In this document: one piece after another, positions 34,996 through 48,024 of the stretch
Layout of the letters: each line of letters starts with the position of its first letter
How positions within the stretch are numbered: the first letter of the stretch is position 1
Assembly: GCA_010093605.1 (NCBI GenBank)
Contig: MU004194.1
Location: 1,216,323 to 1,280,322, forward strand
Direction: 5' to 3'
Source of the DNA: Lophium mytilinum
Taxonomy: Eukaryota
DNA: 64,000 nucleotides
The notes under the pieces: model-generated
What the model was told of the DNA's origin: nothing
What the model saw: the letters and a program-made list of their open reading frames with translations, nothing else
Databases searched by the model: none
Program-made: the position numbers and the translations under genes

Positions 34996-35600
34996 TCAAT
35001 GCTGCTGGGGTATCTTGAATGTATTGAATCTGCCGTAAGGAATGCCAGGGTATGTATCAAAGGATGCAGTATCGATGGGAGAATCTGTTTGGCGAGGGGA
35101 ATTCATGATGCTGAAACTCGACGGTAAGGCCTGGTGGCTCCTCCCTGGATAGTCATGGAGGTGTGGCGCAAAGGGTTTCGATGGCGGTTCTACTGCTGGT
35201 GTTGCAGAGTTGTCTATAGGGACTCTCTCAGCCCCACCGAGGACTTGATCTTTGACAGAAATTGGTGCTTGGAGATCCAATGGCTGTCTGCGAGTCATTC
35301 GACTTTCAATTAAGCCAACCGGTCTTGGGAGATAGAGGGTGCTTTGTTCACTCGGAAAGGTGTCTGATGCAGAAGAGGAGCCCGCAATCTCGGCCCATTT
35401 TTGGGACGCAGCTAATCTCTCAAGATTCTGAAGTCGCTTCTTCTTTTTCTCCCCTGTCAACACTGTCAGTGTTTTGTCCGCGTTGTCATGATAGGGTCGA
35501 TAGATCTGCACGCACGATAAACACGTTGAGATTGTCGATTTTGCTCCTTCCTCTTTTCCGAGACGCAGTTGCTATCTCTTTTGGCGGGCTGTGCATTCAT
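34996..35600 (-). CDS. Small bZIP-type transcription factor, possibly truncated or degenerate
   Basis: ATG at 35600 and intron 35454-35515 give KRKEQNRQSQRVY|REKKKKRLQNLE (fungal bZIP basic region). The frame continues past TGA (34996-34998) to 34762. Confidence 0.6.
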
Positions 35601-36564
35601 TGTATAGGATGATGCGCCCTGTGTATGCAAGTATGCAAATGTCTGGTCATGCTAGTATCAGCGAGCCCACCTTACTTATATCATCCCATCTTCGGAATGG
35701 GGTAACTTTAGGCCGGATTCCAATAGAAAAGAGCGGGAAAAGATACTGCTGCAACTTAGTGCAAGTATTGATCGCCGTGCCTCATCTACCGGTCTGATAT
35801 TGGGCCGATTACAGTTTGAATGCGCTTACCTTATGACGGTATGCCGTGATTGGGCAGAATCCTCCTTCGGATCACTTGTCATTATCTTGTAGATGATAGA
35901 TCGGGTTTCTATTGCGCTGCTCTTTACAGTAACCACCCTGGACAACATTTTGTAAGGTAGTCCCAAACGTACTCCACTTCAAAAAGATTCAGCAGCTTAC
36001 GTCCTGGCGTTGGTGTGTTTGCAATTTATTTAACGCTAAGAAATGAATTATCTTCGTCTTAGGCATGTATAATACGGACATCAATCTCACAACACTACAT
36101 TGGCGGTACGTAAACCAAGATTCTATCGAGAAAAAAGCTTTGCTCCACTCTCAAATGAGTAATGACATGGCGCGGCCTCAGAAGTTGTTGTAGTGACTGT
36201 TGAATTATTGCGTTTTCGTATTAGGGCCATTCGGCAAACAGTATGACTAGATCGCGGGCCGACTCTCATGCAGGTGAGGTGAGCAAACATCCGCTAGATC
36301 TCAAAGCTTTCCACACGTGCTAAGTGATGATCGGGGTACGGGCTTCTCATAATGTAGGAAAGGTGAGCATGTATCGTGAGCAGCATACATTTTTACAGAC
36401 TCGGCCTTTCTTTTTATGTCGTAGCATGTCGGAACCTGTGGTAAAAATGCATATAAAGTCTGTAAATATGCTCGATCACCCGACAGCTATACCGACAACA
36501 CAAGCTTTTCGAACAGTCTCGCACTCTTGCTTTCCCATATCAGAAAATATATCAAACTGAAGCG

Positions 36565-37451
36565 ATGGCGCGAACGATTTTCGTCACAGGAGCAAGCTCG
36601 GGGATTGGTGCAGCAGTCGCCAGGCTTTTCTACGAGAAGGGCTGGAACGTCGTCGCGACAATGAGAAAGCCAGCGGAAGCATCCGAGTTCAAACAGTTGG
36701 ATTCCAGTCGAGTGCTGTTAGAAAGACTCGACGTTGTCGACACTAGCAGTATTCAATCGGCCATAGACGCGGCCATTACGAGATTTGGGAAGATCGACCT
36801 CTTGTTTAACAACGCTGGCTACGCACAGTATGGTGTTTTCGAGATGACATCGCCAACAAAATGCCGAGACCAGTTCGACGTAAACCTGTTTGGTGAGAAA
36901 GCCGTTTCTGAGTAGCCTTACGCTAAACTAATATATACCCAGGAGTAATGGATGTGACTCGAGCCATCCTGCCACACTTCCGAGCCAATGGATGTGGAGG
37001 AATTGTCAATATGGGTAGTGGTGCCGGCCTGTGGGGCTCGCCCATGGGCACGATGTACACGGCCAGCAAATTTGCGCTGGAAGGCTTCACCGAAGCGCTC
37101 TCTTACGAACTCGCGCCTCTGAACATTTTTGTCAAGACCATTGTCCCTACTTGTGGAGTTGGAGGAACCAAGCTTGTAGAATCTTCTGTTGCACATATTG
37201 CCATGGAGGAAGCCCTTGTCCCTGCGTATGGCGCGTATATGCAAGAGACGGTCCCGAAACTTCAGGTTATGGGCACTGCTGGAATGCTAGATGTGTCGGA
37301 CCTTGCGCAGACTGTGTATACTGCGGCAACGGATGGTACGGACAAGCTTCGCTACGTCTGGGGAACTGATGATCTTGGGTTTCTCAAGGCGAGAGTTGAG
37401 TCAAAGAGTCACGAGGAGTACATGGCCCGTATGCGTGCCTGGTTCAAATGA
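36565..37451 (+). CDS. Short-chain dehydrogenase/reductase
   Basis: TGASSGIG, NNAGY and YTASK motifs. One intron at about 36893-36942. Confidence 0.93.
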
Positions 37452-38020
37452 TCCCGGGCTCGTCTGGCGAACGAAGAGATAGAACAGAATGACGAGTAGA
37501 TGGACAATGGAAAAGAAGAAGACGGTCGCAACCTCGAAACGTGCCAATGATGTCGTGTCGCTGTGCTACATACTCATAATAGCAAAAGCTTGGTCTTCAA
37601 AGCTATTGGTTCAAACGGCCTGTGATTATATAGCCTGTTGATGCCAGGCTAGTCTAAGTGCAACCCATTAGTATGCCATTTCGATGTGAAGAAAGAGCAG
37701 AGTAGAGTCGCGACACGCGAATCGGAAAACGATCAAGCCTTGTCTTGGCATCCCGGCAAAGCCAAACCGATCCACACCATTTCAGGGACCTCGGAACCTT
37801 TCAGTCTTCCCCAGATTTCTGGTCTTCTCCGCAACAGCTAGTCAAAGTGGATAGATTGGCGATCAGGCTTATAAACTCCCGCTATGTAGCATCCTAACAA
37901 CAAAGTCTTCTTCTACCTGTCCTCCCGTGTCATTCCTCACACTGAATCTATTGACTCCCACTCAGACGCCTCGCGACCATCAAAGCCCCCGCCCTCACCT
38001 TACAGACCCCCCACGCCACA

Positions 38021-39122
38021 ATGGCAGAACCTCGTACACCGATCGCGCTCCCCTCGTCCTACAGCTCTCTCCCCTGGAAAGAGATTCGCACCACCCACTA
38101 CCCCGAGTCCTCTCCCACAGCGACGTCCATCATCGTCCTGACTTTGTATCGGCCAGGCAAGCACAATGCCTTCACAGCCACACTTGGGCGCGAAATGGAG
38201 CAGGCGTTTGCCATGTTCGATGTCGACGACCGGGTAAAATGTATTGTAGTGACGGGACATGGGAGGATATTCTGTGCGGGTGCGGATCTTGAGCAGGGGT
38301 TTGTGGGCGGACAGGAGCCTATCAACGAGCACAGAGATGGGTATGAAACCTCCTCAATCATATCATCATGTCTTCAATATCTCAGTGGTTGGTTCTGGGG
38401 GATTTAAGTTGCTTAGAGCTGACATGGAATAACCCACAGAGGCGGTCGCGTCACTCTAGCCATCAACTCGTGTCGCAAACCCACAATCGGTGCTCTCCAG
38501 GGCTCCGCCGTCGGCGTTGGAATCACTATGTGTCTCCCTATGTCCATTCGCGTGGCTTACAAAGATGCTAAGATTGGCTTCGTCTTCGCTCGGCGTGGTC
38601 TGGTAATGGAAGCTTGCTCATCCTTCTTCCTACCGCGCCTCATCGGACACTCCCGAGCAATGCACCTCGTCACCACAGGCTCGACATACAGGGCGGACGA
38701 CAAGCTCTTCGGAACACTGTTTTCCGATCTTTGTGATAAACCTGAGGATGTCCTTCCCAAAGCACTCGAGATTGCAGAGGATGTGGCCAAAAATACTAGT
38801 GTGGTTAGCACGTATCTCATGAAGGAGATGATGTATCGCGATACGGGATCTGCTGAGGGAACACATCTCCTAGATTCAAGGATACTTTATGAGCTTTTCG
38901 TGAGCCAGTAAGTTGAGTCCTGCCCAGATTGCTCAAACTCTTGATGCTGATCATGACTTCAGGGATAACAAGGAAGGCGTCAAGTCATTCTTGGAGAAGC
39001 GACCGGCGCAGTTCTCGGGCACTATGGAAAATAGTTCCCCAGCAGCGTATCCGTGGTGGATGCCGGTTGACATCGTTGGCAGAGCCAAAGCTGATAAAAC
39101 AAGGGCAAAACCGAAACTCTGA
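38021..39122 (+). CDS. Enoyl-CoA hydratase/isomerase (crotonase family), likely peroxisomal
   Basis: LYRPGKHNAF, FCAGADL, GSAVGVGITM, FVFARRGLVME, EGVKSFLEKR. C-terminus PKL is a PTS1-like variant. CCTCGG lies upstream at 37789-37794. Confidence 0.92.
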
Positions 39123-39339
39123 GAGATCTAGTAGATAGTCCTTAGTGTTGTTAAATAAAAATTCTGAAGTAATAGTGCGAGCAATAATATAGACACGTTC
39201 AAAGAGAATCGGTTGTATGATATTTCAAGGGCTTTTGATTCATTGCCTAGTTACTTCCACTGGTAATCGAAGCAATGCCGACCTTGCCCTTTATGCCGTT
39301 GTCTCCACTCCGATCCATTCCACCAACAATAGAAAACGC

Positions 39340-40361
39340 TTAGTAGAAAGTCGAGGGTCGGTGGGCAGTGAAGATCTTCTTGCTGGCGCTGCGGCCAACG
39401 CGATGTGGGAGAGGGAATTTCAGATCCTTGGTCAGGAGCTGCTTGATGTATGGACGGCGGATGTCGGCGGCCTTCTCGACTTCAACGACCTTGAGGATCT
39501 AAAAAGAATTCAGGTCAGAGGCGTTCCACAAGATCTCTCCTAGGGTACTTACGTGAATCGACCTGAAACGAGATCGGTGACGGGCGGCCATGTCCTGGTA
39601 GAGGGCGTCCACGGCTTCGGTCCGCGACATCTCACGGTACTCCTTGTACATGTTGTGGGTGCCGGAGCGCGAGTCGTAGCGGATCCAGATACCGAAGTTC
39701 TTGACCTTCTGGGGGCGCTTCTCGTGGATCTGAGGCCGAAAGCGTTAGTATCAGCTATTTGCAAGAATACTGGCGTCCTTCGAGCAGCTCGGCTGGAGTA
39801 AGCGTACCTGATTCAGGGAGACGATCTCGCCATTCGCCTTCTTGATCTTGCGCAGCCTGCCGAGGAAGTACCAGAATCTCGACTTGGCAACAACAGTGTT
39901 GGGAGCAAAGATGCGCATCCGATACAGCTTAGGGGCGGGGTTGGCCTCGCTGGGCAGATGGCGCCCAATAACCTGGTATTCCTGGAGACGGCCTGCGGGA
40001 AAGAAGTTAGCAACCTCGAACATCATCCCAATACGTTATTATAGACGGTGTCTCTCGGTGAAAATTGCAGAAGAGGGTCCAGGGTCGGCGAAGAGTGCCG
40101 AAGAGGCGCCTTGGATTGTCACATTTTGGGTTGAGGTCGTAGTTATTCGGAGTTGATAGCCGTCTCTTGTCCAGGCAATCTAGCGGTTCAAGTAGCCCGA
40201 CTCCTCCAATCGATTCCTCCCAGTTATGCCCGTTCGTACACTATTGTAGAGCCTGTCCGGATGGCGTGGTTTCGAGAGCCGTGAGAAGGGAAAGTACTGG
40301 TATCCTCCGGTGCAATTGTCGTCCACTTCGAACGCAAGGATATGAAATTCTGCTTACCCAT
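39340..40361 (-). CDS. rpl20: 60S ribosomal protein L20 (eL20/L18a)
   Basis: [59 protein letters not shown]. The start codon is in the micro-exon 40358-40361. Confidence 0.95.
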
Positions 40362-40674
40362 CTGCGAATTGTTAGCAGTCGCGCGTGAGACAGTATGGAT
40401 GAAGTACAGCTTACCTTGATTGCTGTCGTGGCGTCGTGGGTTAGTCGTCGTCTGGGAGAAGAGTTGCAGTTACGAAAATGATGGAGCGGTGCGCTCGCCA
40501 AGGAAAGCTAGCTCTTAGCGAGCCGCTAAGTCTCACCCGACTAGCGTGCCTTCTCGACGTCGTCGACCTCAGGCCAAACATCAACCGTAGAAAGAAATGT
40601 CTTGAACTGCATCAGCACCGCATGATGGCTACTTCAGGCTACCGGACTGCATCCTCATACTGATCCGCGTAAAA

Positions 40675-42368
40675 ATGAATCAGCTCATCGAACGCTTCCA
40701 GCTGTGCATCGCAGAGGGAAACGGAACTGAACTCGCCGAGATATTCAGTACAAAGGCTCCTGCGAGCAATCCTGGCCTCTTCTACGACCTCCGCCAAGGG
40801 TCGAACGCACAGCAGATTGAAGACTATATCCACTATACTATTACGCCCCGGAACGGCTTTCCGTTCGACAGTGCAGAAGTGAATGCCTGGACAGAGGTCT
40901 TCGTCAACTATTGGAAAGCAGTGGGCGAGCTTATAAGCTTGCATGAAAGCACAGATCAAGGCAAGCTAAGAGATGGACAGTTTGGTGAGGTCTATGATGT
41001 GTGGAAGGCGTATACCAACTCTCTCATCAAACACCACAACTCGAGCGTCTTGCCGTTCTGGACGATTCCTTGTCTTTACAAAGCTCTAACTGAGTTGCGG
41101 ACATACGCAATCAAGGCAGATGAGCAAAGCGTCAACACAAAAGGAAACGTCACTTTCAATACAGGCCTCCAAGACGACATTGTCAGCTCCGTTGGCAAGA
41201 ATGAAAAACTCGAGGATTACGCCAGGGTGTTGAACAGGGTGTTTAACATGTGTCTTCAGGATAGGGCGCCCATTGAGTACTCCCGAAAATGGGGCACATA
41301 CTACACGGCGAACTTGATGTTCAAGACTTACTTCAAGGTAGACCTCTTTAAGTCTACTCACTGCTCAATCGTGCAAGACTAACAACCACCACCACACAGT
41401 TGAACGCTATTAGCCTGTCAAAGAACATGGTGCAAGCGATCAATGCCCAATTTGACATGCCACCGCTCCATAGATTCCCCAATTCAGAGATAGTCACTTT
41501 CAAGTACTATATTGGAGTCATGACATTCCTTCGAGAAGACTACGTCCAAGCAGAAAAGAATCTGACAGAGGCCTGGCAATTGTGTCACAAGAGTGCATAC
41601 AAGAACCATCAGTAAGTTTAAACAATCATTCGATACGACTGACAGTCACTTATTACCACGAATAGGCAGATTCTCACGTATCTGATCCCCTGTCGACTGA
41701 TCACTACTCACAAACTTCCGACTTCCGAATTATTATCGCCGTACCCACGCCTCCAAGCTCTCTTTGGTCCTATTGCAGCCTGCATTAGGAAAGGCAATTT
41801 GGCTGGCTTTGACGCTGCTCTGTCAGCAGGAGAGGACGAATTTGTCAAGCGCCGCATCTACCTAACTCTGGAACGTGGCCGAGACATAGCGCTGCGGAAT
41901 CTGCTCCGCAAGGTCTTCTTAGCAGGAGGCTACGAACCGTTGAAGGAAGGCCAGACCGAGGCAGATCTAATCAGGAGAACGCGAATACCAACCGCCGAGT
42001 TCGCGGCTGCAATTCGAATGGGGCTCGGAGCTGATGGGAAGCTACTGGAGGACGACGAGGTTGAGTGCATGCTTGCGAATATGATATACAAGGTGTGTAC
42101 ATGTCTCGAATTTCCTCATTCGCTCTCATTATCCTTGACATGCTGTTGCCCTTTTTGCCTCGTGCGCCGGGCCCTTTCATCGCCGGTGTTGCCTACGCAG
42201 CAGGCAGAGAGGTCTCGCCACTTGCGCACTTATTCTCACCCAACCGTCGTACAACAGCTGACACAAGTGCTTCCATAGAACCTCATGAAGGGTTACATAT
42301 CTCGCGAACGAGCCATGGTCGTGCTGAGCAAGACCGCTGGCATGGCGTTCCCAGGAACAGGGGTCTGA
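40675..42368 (+). CDS. csn12: PCI-domain protein CSN12 (PCID2/Thp1-like), 4 exons
   Basis: [77 protein letters not shown]. Confidence 0.88.
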
Positions 42369-43969
42369 TGCGTAGCTCACAACGCATCGCTCAACATCTC
42401 CCAATAGAGCCACCCTCCAGCCGCTCCTCGCGTTGCTACTGGCCGGCGGCGGCATCAGGCGCAAGCATGCTCGGTATACAGAGATAGTAGGCATCCGGCT
42501 ATATACTACCAACAAGAAATCAATACATCCGATGCATCCAATCCTCCATCCCCCGACTCAGCCTCGACTGACACCACACCCTTCTGCTGCGGTACCTCCT
42601 AGCACACCTCCTTTGCGCCTCTCGACTCATCACAGTCAGCGGAACTCCCAGTCTTGCCACCCCACAAGCCTCTTTGCGTCCTGCCCACCCAAGCCCTCCG
42701 CCCACCCAAGCCCTCCGCATCTCAACAGCCCAACATCTCGCCCTTTTGCGCTCTTCGCCCTATTCGCCCACCGCACTCGGCCTGTACGAAGCGGGCTTAG
42801 TCTCCCGCGCCTGCGTTTGCCGTACCCTTGCCTTGCGTCCAGAGCAACCGCCCCAATGAGTCACAGAGTTAGCGTTGAAAGTGAGACCCGGCGATGCGGG
42901 CAACCCTTGTACAGATATTGAGTCGTTGCGTGAGGCTTGATCGCAGCATATCGGGTTTCAGGCTTCGGGTGTGCTCGTTTTGGGAGAATGGTAGTAATGT
43001 GAAACCCGGAGCTTTTGATTCACGACGAGTTGGTTTTGGTAGCTGGGAATTCACCGAGTTATACAGAGGTGGGAACTATGATAGGAATACTCGTTTCTGT
43101 GATTTATATTGTTTGCATCGTGAAGCAAGACTACGTAGCAGATAAATCTAGCCAACTCGGAAAATACAGAGCACAATCTTTCTTTCATAGCCTCTCTCCG
43201 TTCCCGCCATACAAGCTTTCTGATGATAGAGAGCCTCGAATGTTTCGACTCTCGGACATCCGACTCTGTCCCGCAGAAGATAAATAACTGTTGAAACCCG
43301 CAAAAGATGAATTGACTGCCGTGATTACCATATTTGCAAACAAACACAACCTTGACAATTTCAAAGAAACCCCGCAGGACCCCAAGAACCAAGGTTTTTT
43401 TTTTCGGAGTTTGCTGGGTATGCTCCGCGAATACAAGAAATCGTTGCAAAACGCTCCAACAAAGACGATAGATAAAACAAGGCCGAGCCGAGGGCTGGGG
43501 CAGGCTGCAATTTCTAGGCCTTTCGCAGCGACTATAGAGGAATAAGATGGATAGAAACACAAGCAGTCATCGGACAGCAGCGGCTAGTGGCGCATGCTGC
43601 TGCAGGATGGAAAGACAAGAACGGGATGAGGATATGGTACAACGGTGGCTCAAGGAGTGCCAGAAGGGTAAAGCGCGCAAATCAGGGAGCAAAAACGCCG
43701 GGTATCAATCCGTGGCCGCATGCTAGATGTGGTAATAAATTTACAAGAAGAGAAAGGTCGGGTTTGGAGATGGGTGTGTCGGATCGAGATGGAGGTGGAA
43801 CGCTGGATGATATGGGTCGGACGATGTAACGCGGTGAGCGAGAGTCGAGAAGTAGATTGAGGGGATTAGGGGCATAGTGCCGTTGAGATGTGAAGGGAGA
43901 TGGCGGGACTTGGTGAGGAGAGCTGGCGTCGACGCCGACGTGGACGCGGGGCGAACACGACAGTGATGC

Positions 43970-44996
43970 CTAGCGGGGCGACTTGGCTGCGAGGTCATCC
44001 TGAAGAAGGCCGCGTCAGCTGCTTGCATCGTGGGTGATTGCGTACTTGTGTTGAGCAGAGGTATGGATCGTCGAGAGGTGATGAAATAAGAGACGTACCA
44101 TGTGATTGACCATCGCAACGAACAAGTCGAAGAACAGTTTCCCGCCATTCTCCATCTCATTCTGCATCGTGCCGCTACGCTTGAAAGTGGAACGGCTACG
44201 AATGATCAGAGCAAGGTAGTGTGATCGTAGCTTCGCATCGTTGTCGGGCGTGTTGGCATAGGCATAGCGAGCTGACGTTAAGATCGTGCTGCACTGGATC
44301 CCGGACTGAAGACCTTGCTTGCGGAGAGCAAGTCGCTTGAGCTCTTCAAGGCCATACTTCTCAGCAGCACACTGTCTATTGTTAGAACTTGACAGTCTTG
44401 CGATGAACGTGATACGATTCGACTTACGTAGATAACGGTATCCTTCAGAATCGGACCGTTCACGGAAGCGTGATACACCGTCGACTCAGCCGTCCCACGA
44501 CCGTTGGCCGCATCTTCCAAGTTCCAGCTATTCCTCCGCTTGTCAAACTCCAAACGAGGGTAGTAGTCGCCTTTGTATAAGTATTCCAGGAGCGACGAGA
44601 AAATTTCAGGCTCCTCGTCAGGCAGGTCGATCCGCTTGGCCGTGGACTGGAAGAACTGATCGCGACAGAGCGACTGGAAGAAGGGCGAGTGGCAGAGGAC
44701 GTCCTCGTGGGCAGCGAAGAGTCGCTGTTCGCGACCGATGCAAAGAGTGATGATAGCGCTAGTCAAGCTAGACGTGTCAGTCTCGGGGAAGTATCGATAT
44801 GACGCGCATGCTGCACTCACCCTCCCACGGTCGGACTCGTTTGCGCGGATGCTGGCGAGGCCTGCTGCGCCATTTTCTCGACCTTCTTGGTCGTCATGGA
44901 GTCCCTGAAGGAGCGGTTCTTCTTGCTTGTCGACTTGCCGGCACGGTGCTTGGAGAAGCTCTCCGCCTGGGTCCGGTTCCTGCCTGAGCTGAACAT
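43970..44996 (-). CDS. Fungal BTB/POZ-domain protein (4 exons)
   Basis: IITLCIGREQRLFAAHEDVL..IDLPDEEPEIFSSLLEYLYKGDY, then IY|CAAEKYGLEELKRLALRK. Ends DDLAAKSPR with TAG at 43970-43972. Confidence 0.88.
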
Positions 44997-46243
44997 GTTT
45001 GCGAGTGGATGGATGGCGATAAGGTCGTGGGGCTTCCGGAAGTCGAAGGGTCGGCGAAGGGTGGGCGATGGGGAGTATTTATAACAAGGCGGGCATAGGC
45101 AACGATGGGTGACGACGACGACAACGACAACGCAACGACAGTCCTGAGGCAGCAAGTTGAAAATGAGGAGGAAGGCAGAACAGGCGGAATGCCAGGGGAA
45201 TATATAGCTGCAGGCGGAGGGCAGCTATCTCGCCCAGGCCTCCGAGCAGAGTGCCACCACAGAAAAGTGCGGACTTGATTGGACGCGTAAAGTGGAAATC
45301 CCCCCGACGCGTGAGGGAACGCGATATCACATGTGCAGCCTAGCTAGTTTGAGCGGCATTCCCTGACTCTTTTGCTGCCGCAGACACCCCGGATCCTGGG
45401 CGCCGGAGATGGCTGAGAGCTGCAAGAGGGCTAGACTGGAGGGCTTAGGTTTCACAGCGCCCTGAGCCGGTGCGCTCGCGCATTAATCGTCCGCCATGGT
45501 GCCTGCTGGCGTTCCTGGCCTAGCCGGGGGCGGCATGGTTTTGAGCGCAGGAGAGGGGACAGATGAGACACAACGACGAACGACAGAGATGGATGAGATA
45601 CGACACTTAGCTTGCTCTAAGCCGCTATCGCTGTGCTCCAAAGGCGTCGCAGCGGGTGTGGTCAAGAGAGGTGTGAGTCCGCCCTTGCTCCGCCCAAGCT
45701 CGCCCTCGGCTGGGAACTTCGGGTGCACAGGCCAGGAGGGCTGCACCAAAAGCAAGACGCTGTCCATCATCTCACCAAGCAAACGGGGCAACCGGTGGGC
45801 GACGATCCTAGCTGCGTTGATCGAGGCTGGCCTTGCCCCTGGCCTGCAAAAAAGCACCGCCGTTTGCGCCCTCTGCTTCCGCATCCCCACCCAATCCACG
45901 ACAGCGCTGCAGGTCCGGAGGAACGCCATGCCAAGGGTGTCATCGTACCATGACTTTGCGATCTTGTAGCATCATCTTACATAAATTCGAGCCATGATGT
46001 GAGTGGAGCACTTATTAGCAAGGATATAAAGCCTCCGGCGACATTCAGGCAGCACTCAGGCATCCACCACTATGCAGCATCTCGGCCGATAGAAAAGCAA
46101 TCTAATAGTCAAGCAACTTTTGGACACCTCAAGCTGTGTCTACCTAGATCAACAAAAGGATTCTCATTTAAAGCTATGTATGCAGCGTTCTGTTCCTGGA
46201 ATATCAGCTAAACGCCAACGATGCTGAAGCCCCAAATCAATCC

Positions 46244-47551
46244 TTAATGGAAAAAGCCTCCTCGATCCAAAGCTGTGCAAAGTGATCCCCTGAAGTCTCT
46301 CTCAAAGTCGAGATCATGGTCACAAGCATAGTTAAGGAACTTGCCTTCTCTAAGAAAATGGAAAGCAAACCTTAGTCTGTCGGAGCAACGATTGCAGACG
46401 ATTCGATATCTCTGGTCCATCATCCTCCCCACGTAGGCCGCAAGCGCTTCATCACAGTGCAATTCCTCGACGTAGACTAGCTGTGCAAGCTCCATCTCTA
46501 GCTCCGGCGTTCCGTTTTCCATGATATGCTTCACCTTCTCGAAAAGCTTTGGGAACATCGAGACCACTTGCAAGCCTTTCGCAGCCCTATAGACTTCCAC
46601 AGCGTGATTGAGCAGCCTGAGCTTGAACGCATGAGACCTGATATCCATGACCAGGTCGCGAGTTTCGCCGGGTTCCAATGCACCGGAGCACCGTAATGAG
46701 ATCTTTTTATCCACGTCTGGAAAATGATAAACATCAAGGCCATAGTTCCTGATTGACATTAGCCGTAGTAGGTGCTCAACACGCAGCTAACCTACGCCTT
46801 CCAGCGTGTCAAATCGGTTGCGTTTTCCAAGGCAATCATAACGTCTAGGTTGAGTTTGCGGGCCGAGATGATATGGAGAAGATAGTCGAGCAAGTCGTCC
46901 AGTGTCAAAAATGCCAACGTGTATGTGGCAATCTTGAGTTCTAACTTTGTCGCATCAACTCCAATGCTGTGAGTTTCAAGGCCCTTCCAACAAAGCTCAG
47001 ACAGGTACGCCCTTGATAGGTACCTTTGTCCGTATTTCTTAACGATGATGAAGGAGCTGGTAGAATCACTGCTGCTTTCCAAGAGGAGGGTATTGTCGAC
47101 GCCGTTGATCACAGACAATTCATCCTCGGACGATGCGCCGTGATCTTCCCATCTCTTCAGAGCGCGGAAAATCCAGTTTGGTACTTGAGCCTTGATGTCA
47201 AAGTCGCCCGTGGCGAGAAATTGGATTACCCGATAGAAGGCGGCAGGTGAGATGTTTGCAACTTCAGTGGCGGCAGTGTCGAGATAATACATTCTAGTCG
47301 ACTGGACAGCCTGAGCAATCCACGGGTCCAACATCGCAATCGATAGTGGCACTTTCATGATCCTTCTGTGTATGCGCCCAATAACGACGTCGACGGTCTT
47401 CTCGGGTTCGTGAGGGTTCAAAGGTCTGTGTAGATCTTTTAGAATATATCACAGCACGAGGAGGACATACTTACCCCCGGGCGATGCTATCAATCATAAT
47501 AGTCCCATCGAAATCAAGCCATGGAATGGTATCCTCTTTCATAGTGCCCAT
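46244..47551 (-). CDS. Divergent BTB-like protein, paralog A (3 exons, intact)
   Basis: Exons join in frame through two phase-2 GT-AG introns. TVDVVIGR..ISPAAFYRVIQFLATGDF resembles a BTB core. TATA-like TTATATAT on the minus strand near 47673-47680. Confidence 0.7.
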
Positions 47552-48024
47552 TCTTCCAACGTCAGTAGGTAAACATCGGCGGAAAGAATGGCGCCTGCTT
47601 ACTCTGCAGTACCTGCGAAGCTCAACGGCTAATGACTGAGATAGGGGCGCAAGCGTAAAGACCAGGTTGAAGATATATAATGGTTGTTAGAGTATTGATG
47701 ACTGACAGCGGAGACGAGCGAAAGTGGAGAGTTTGAATGATGTTAGTAATTGACTAAACAAGAAAACTTTTAGATGTTGAGTAGTCGTTCCAAAGATGTG
47801 GAAGCTGCAACCTGCATCGGATGTAGCACCTGCAAAGCCATCCCAAACGCCTACGTCCACACCTGCACTCCACCATCCCCTCAGCCCGCCATACCACGTC
47901 GTCGTCGAATGCCACCGAAAACTGCACTTTTCCCAGCCCCCAGTCAGCTTGCTGAGGCACGTCAAACAGAGGCAAACCAAGAAATATCCACATCCATAGC
48001 TCTTCCCAAGAAAGAGTATGCCCT

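Noticed and set aside
42684..42718. Two copies of CCCACCCAAGCCCTCCG
   Set aside because: Simple short tandem duplication in a C-rich intergenic tract.
45483..45969. Overlapping 148-aa and 157-aa ORFs on opposite strands
   Set aside because: No recognisable domain; they lie in the probable upstream region of the BTB gene.
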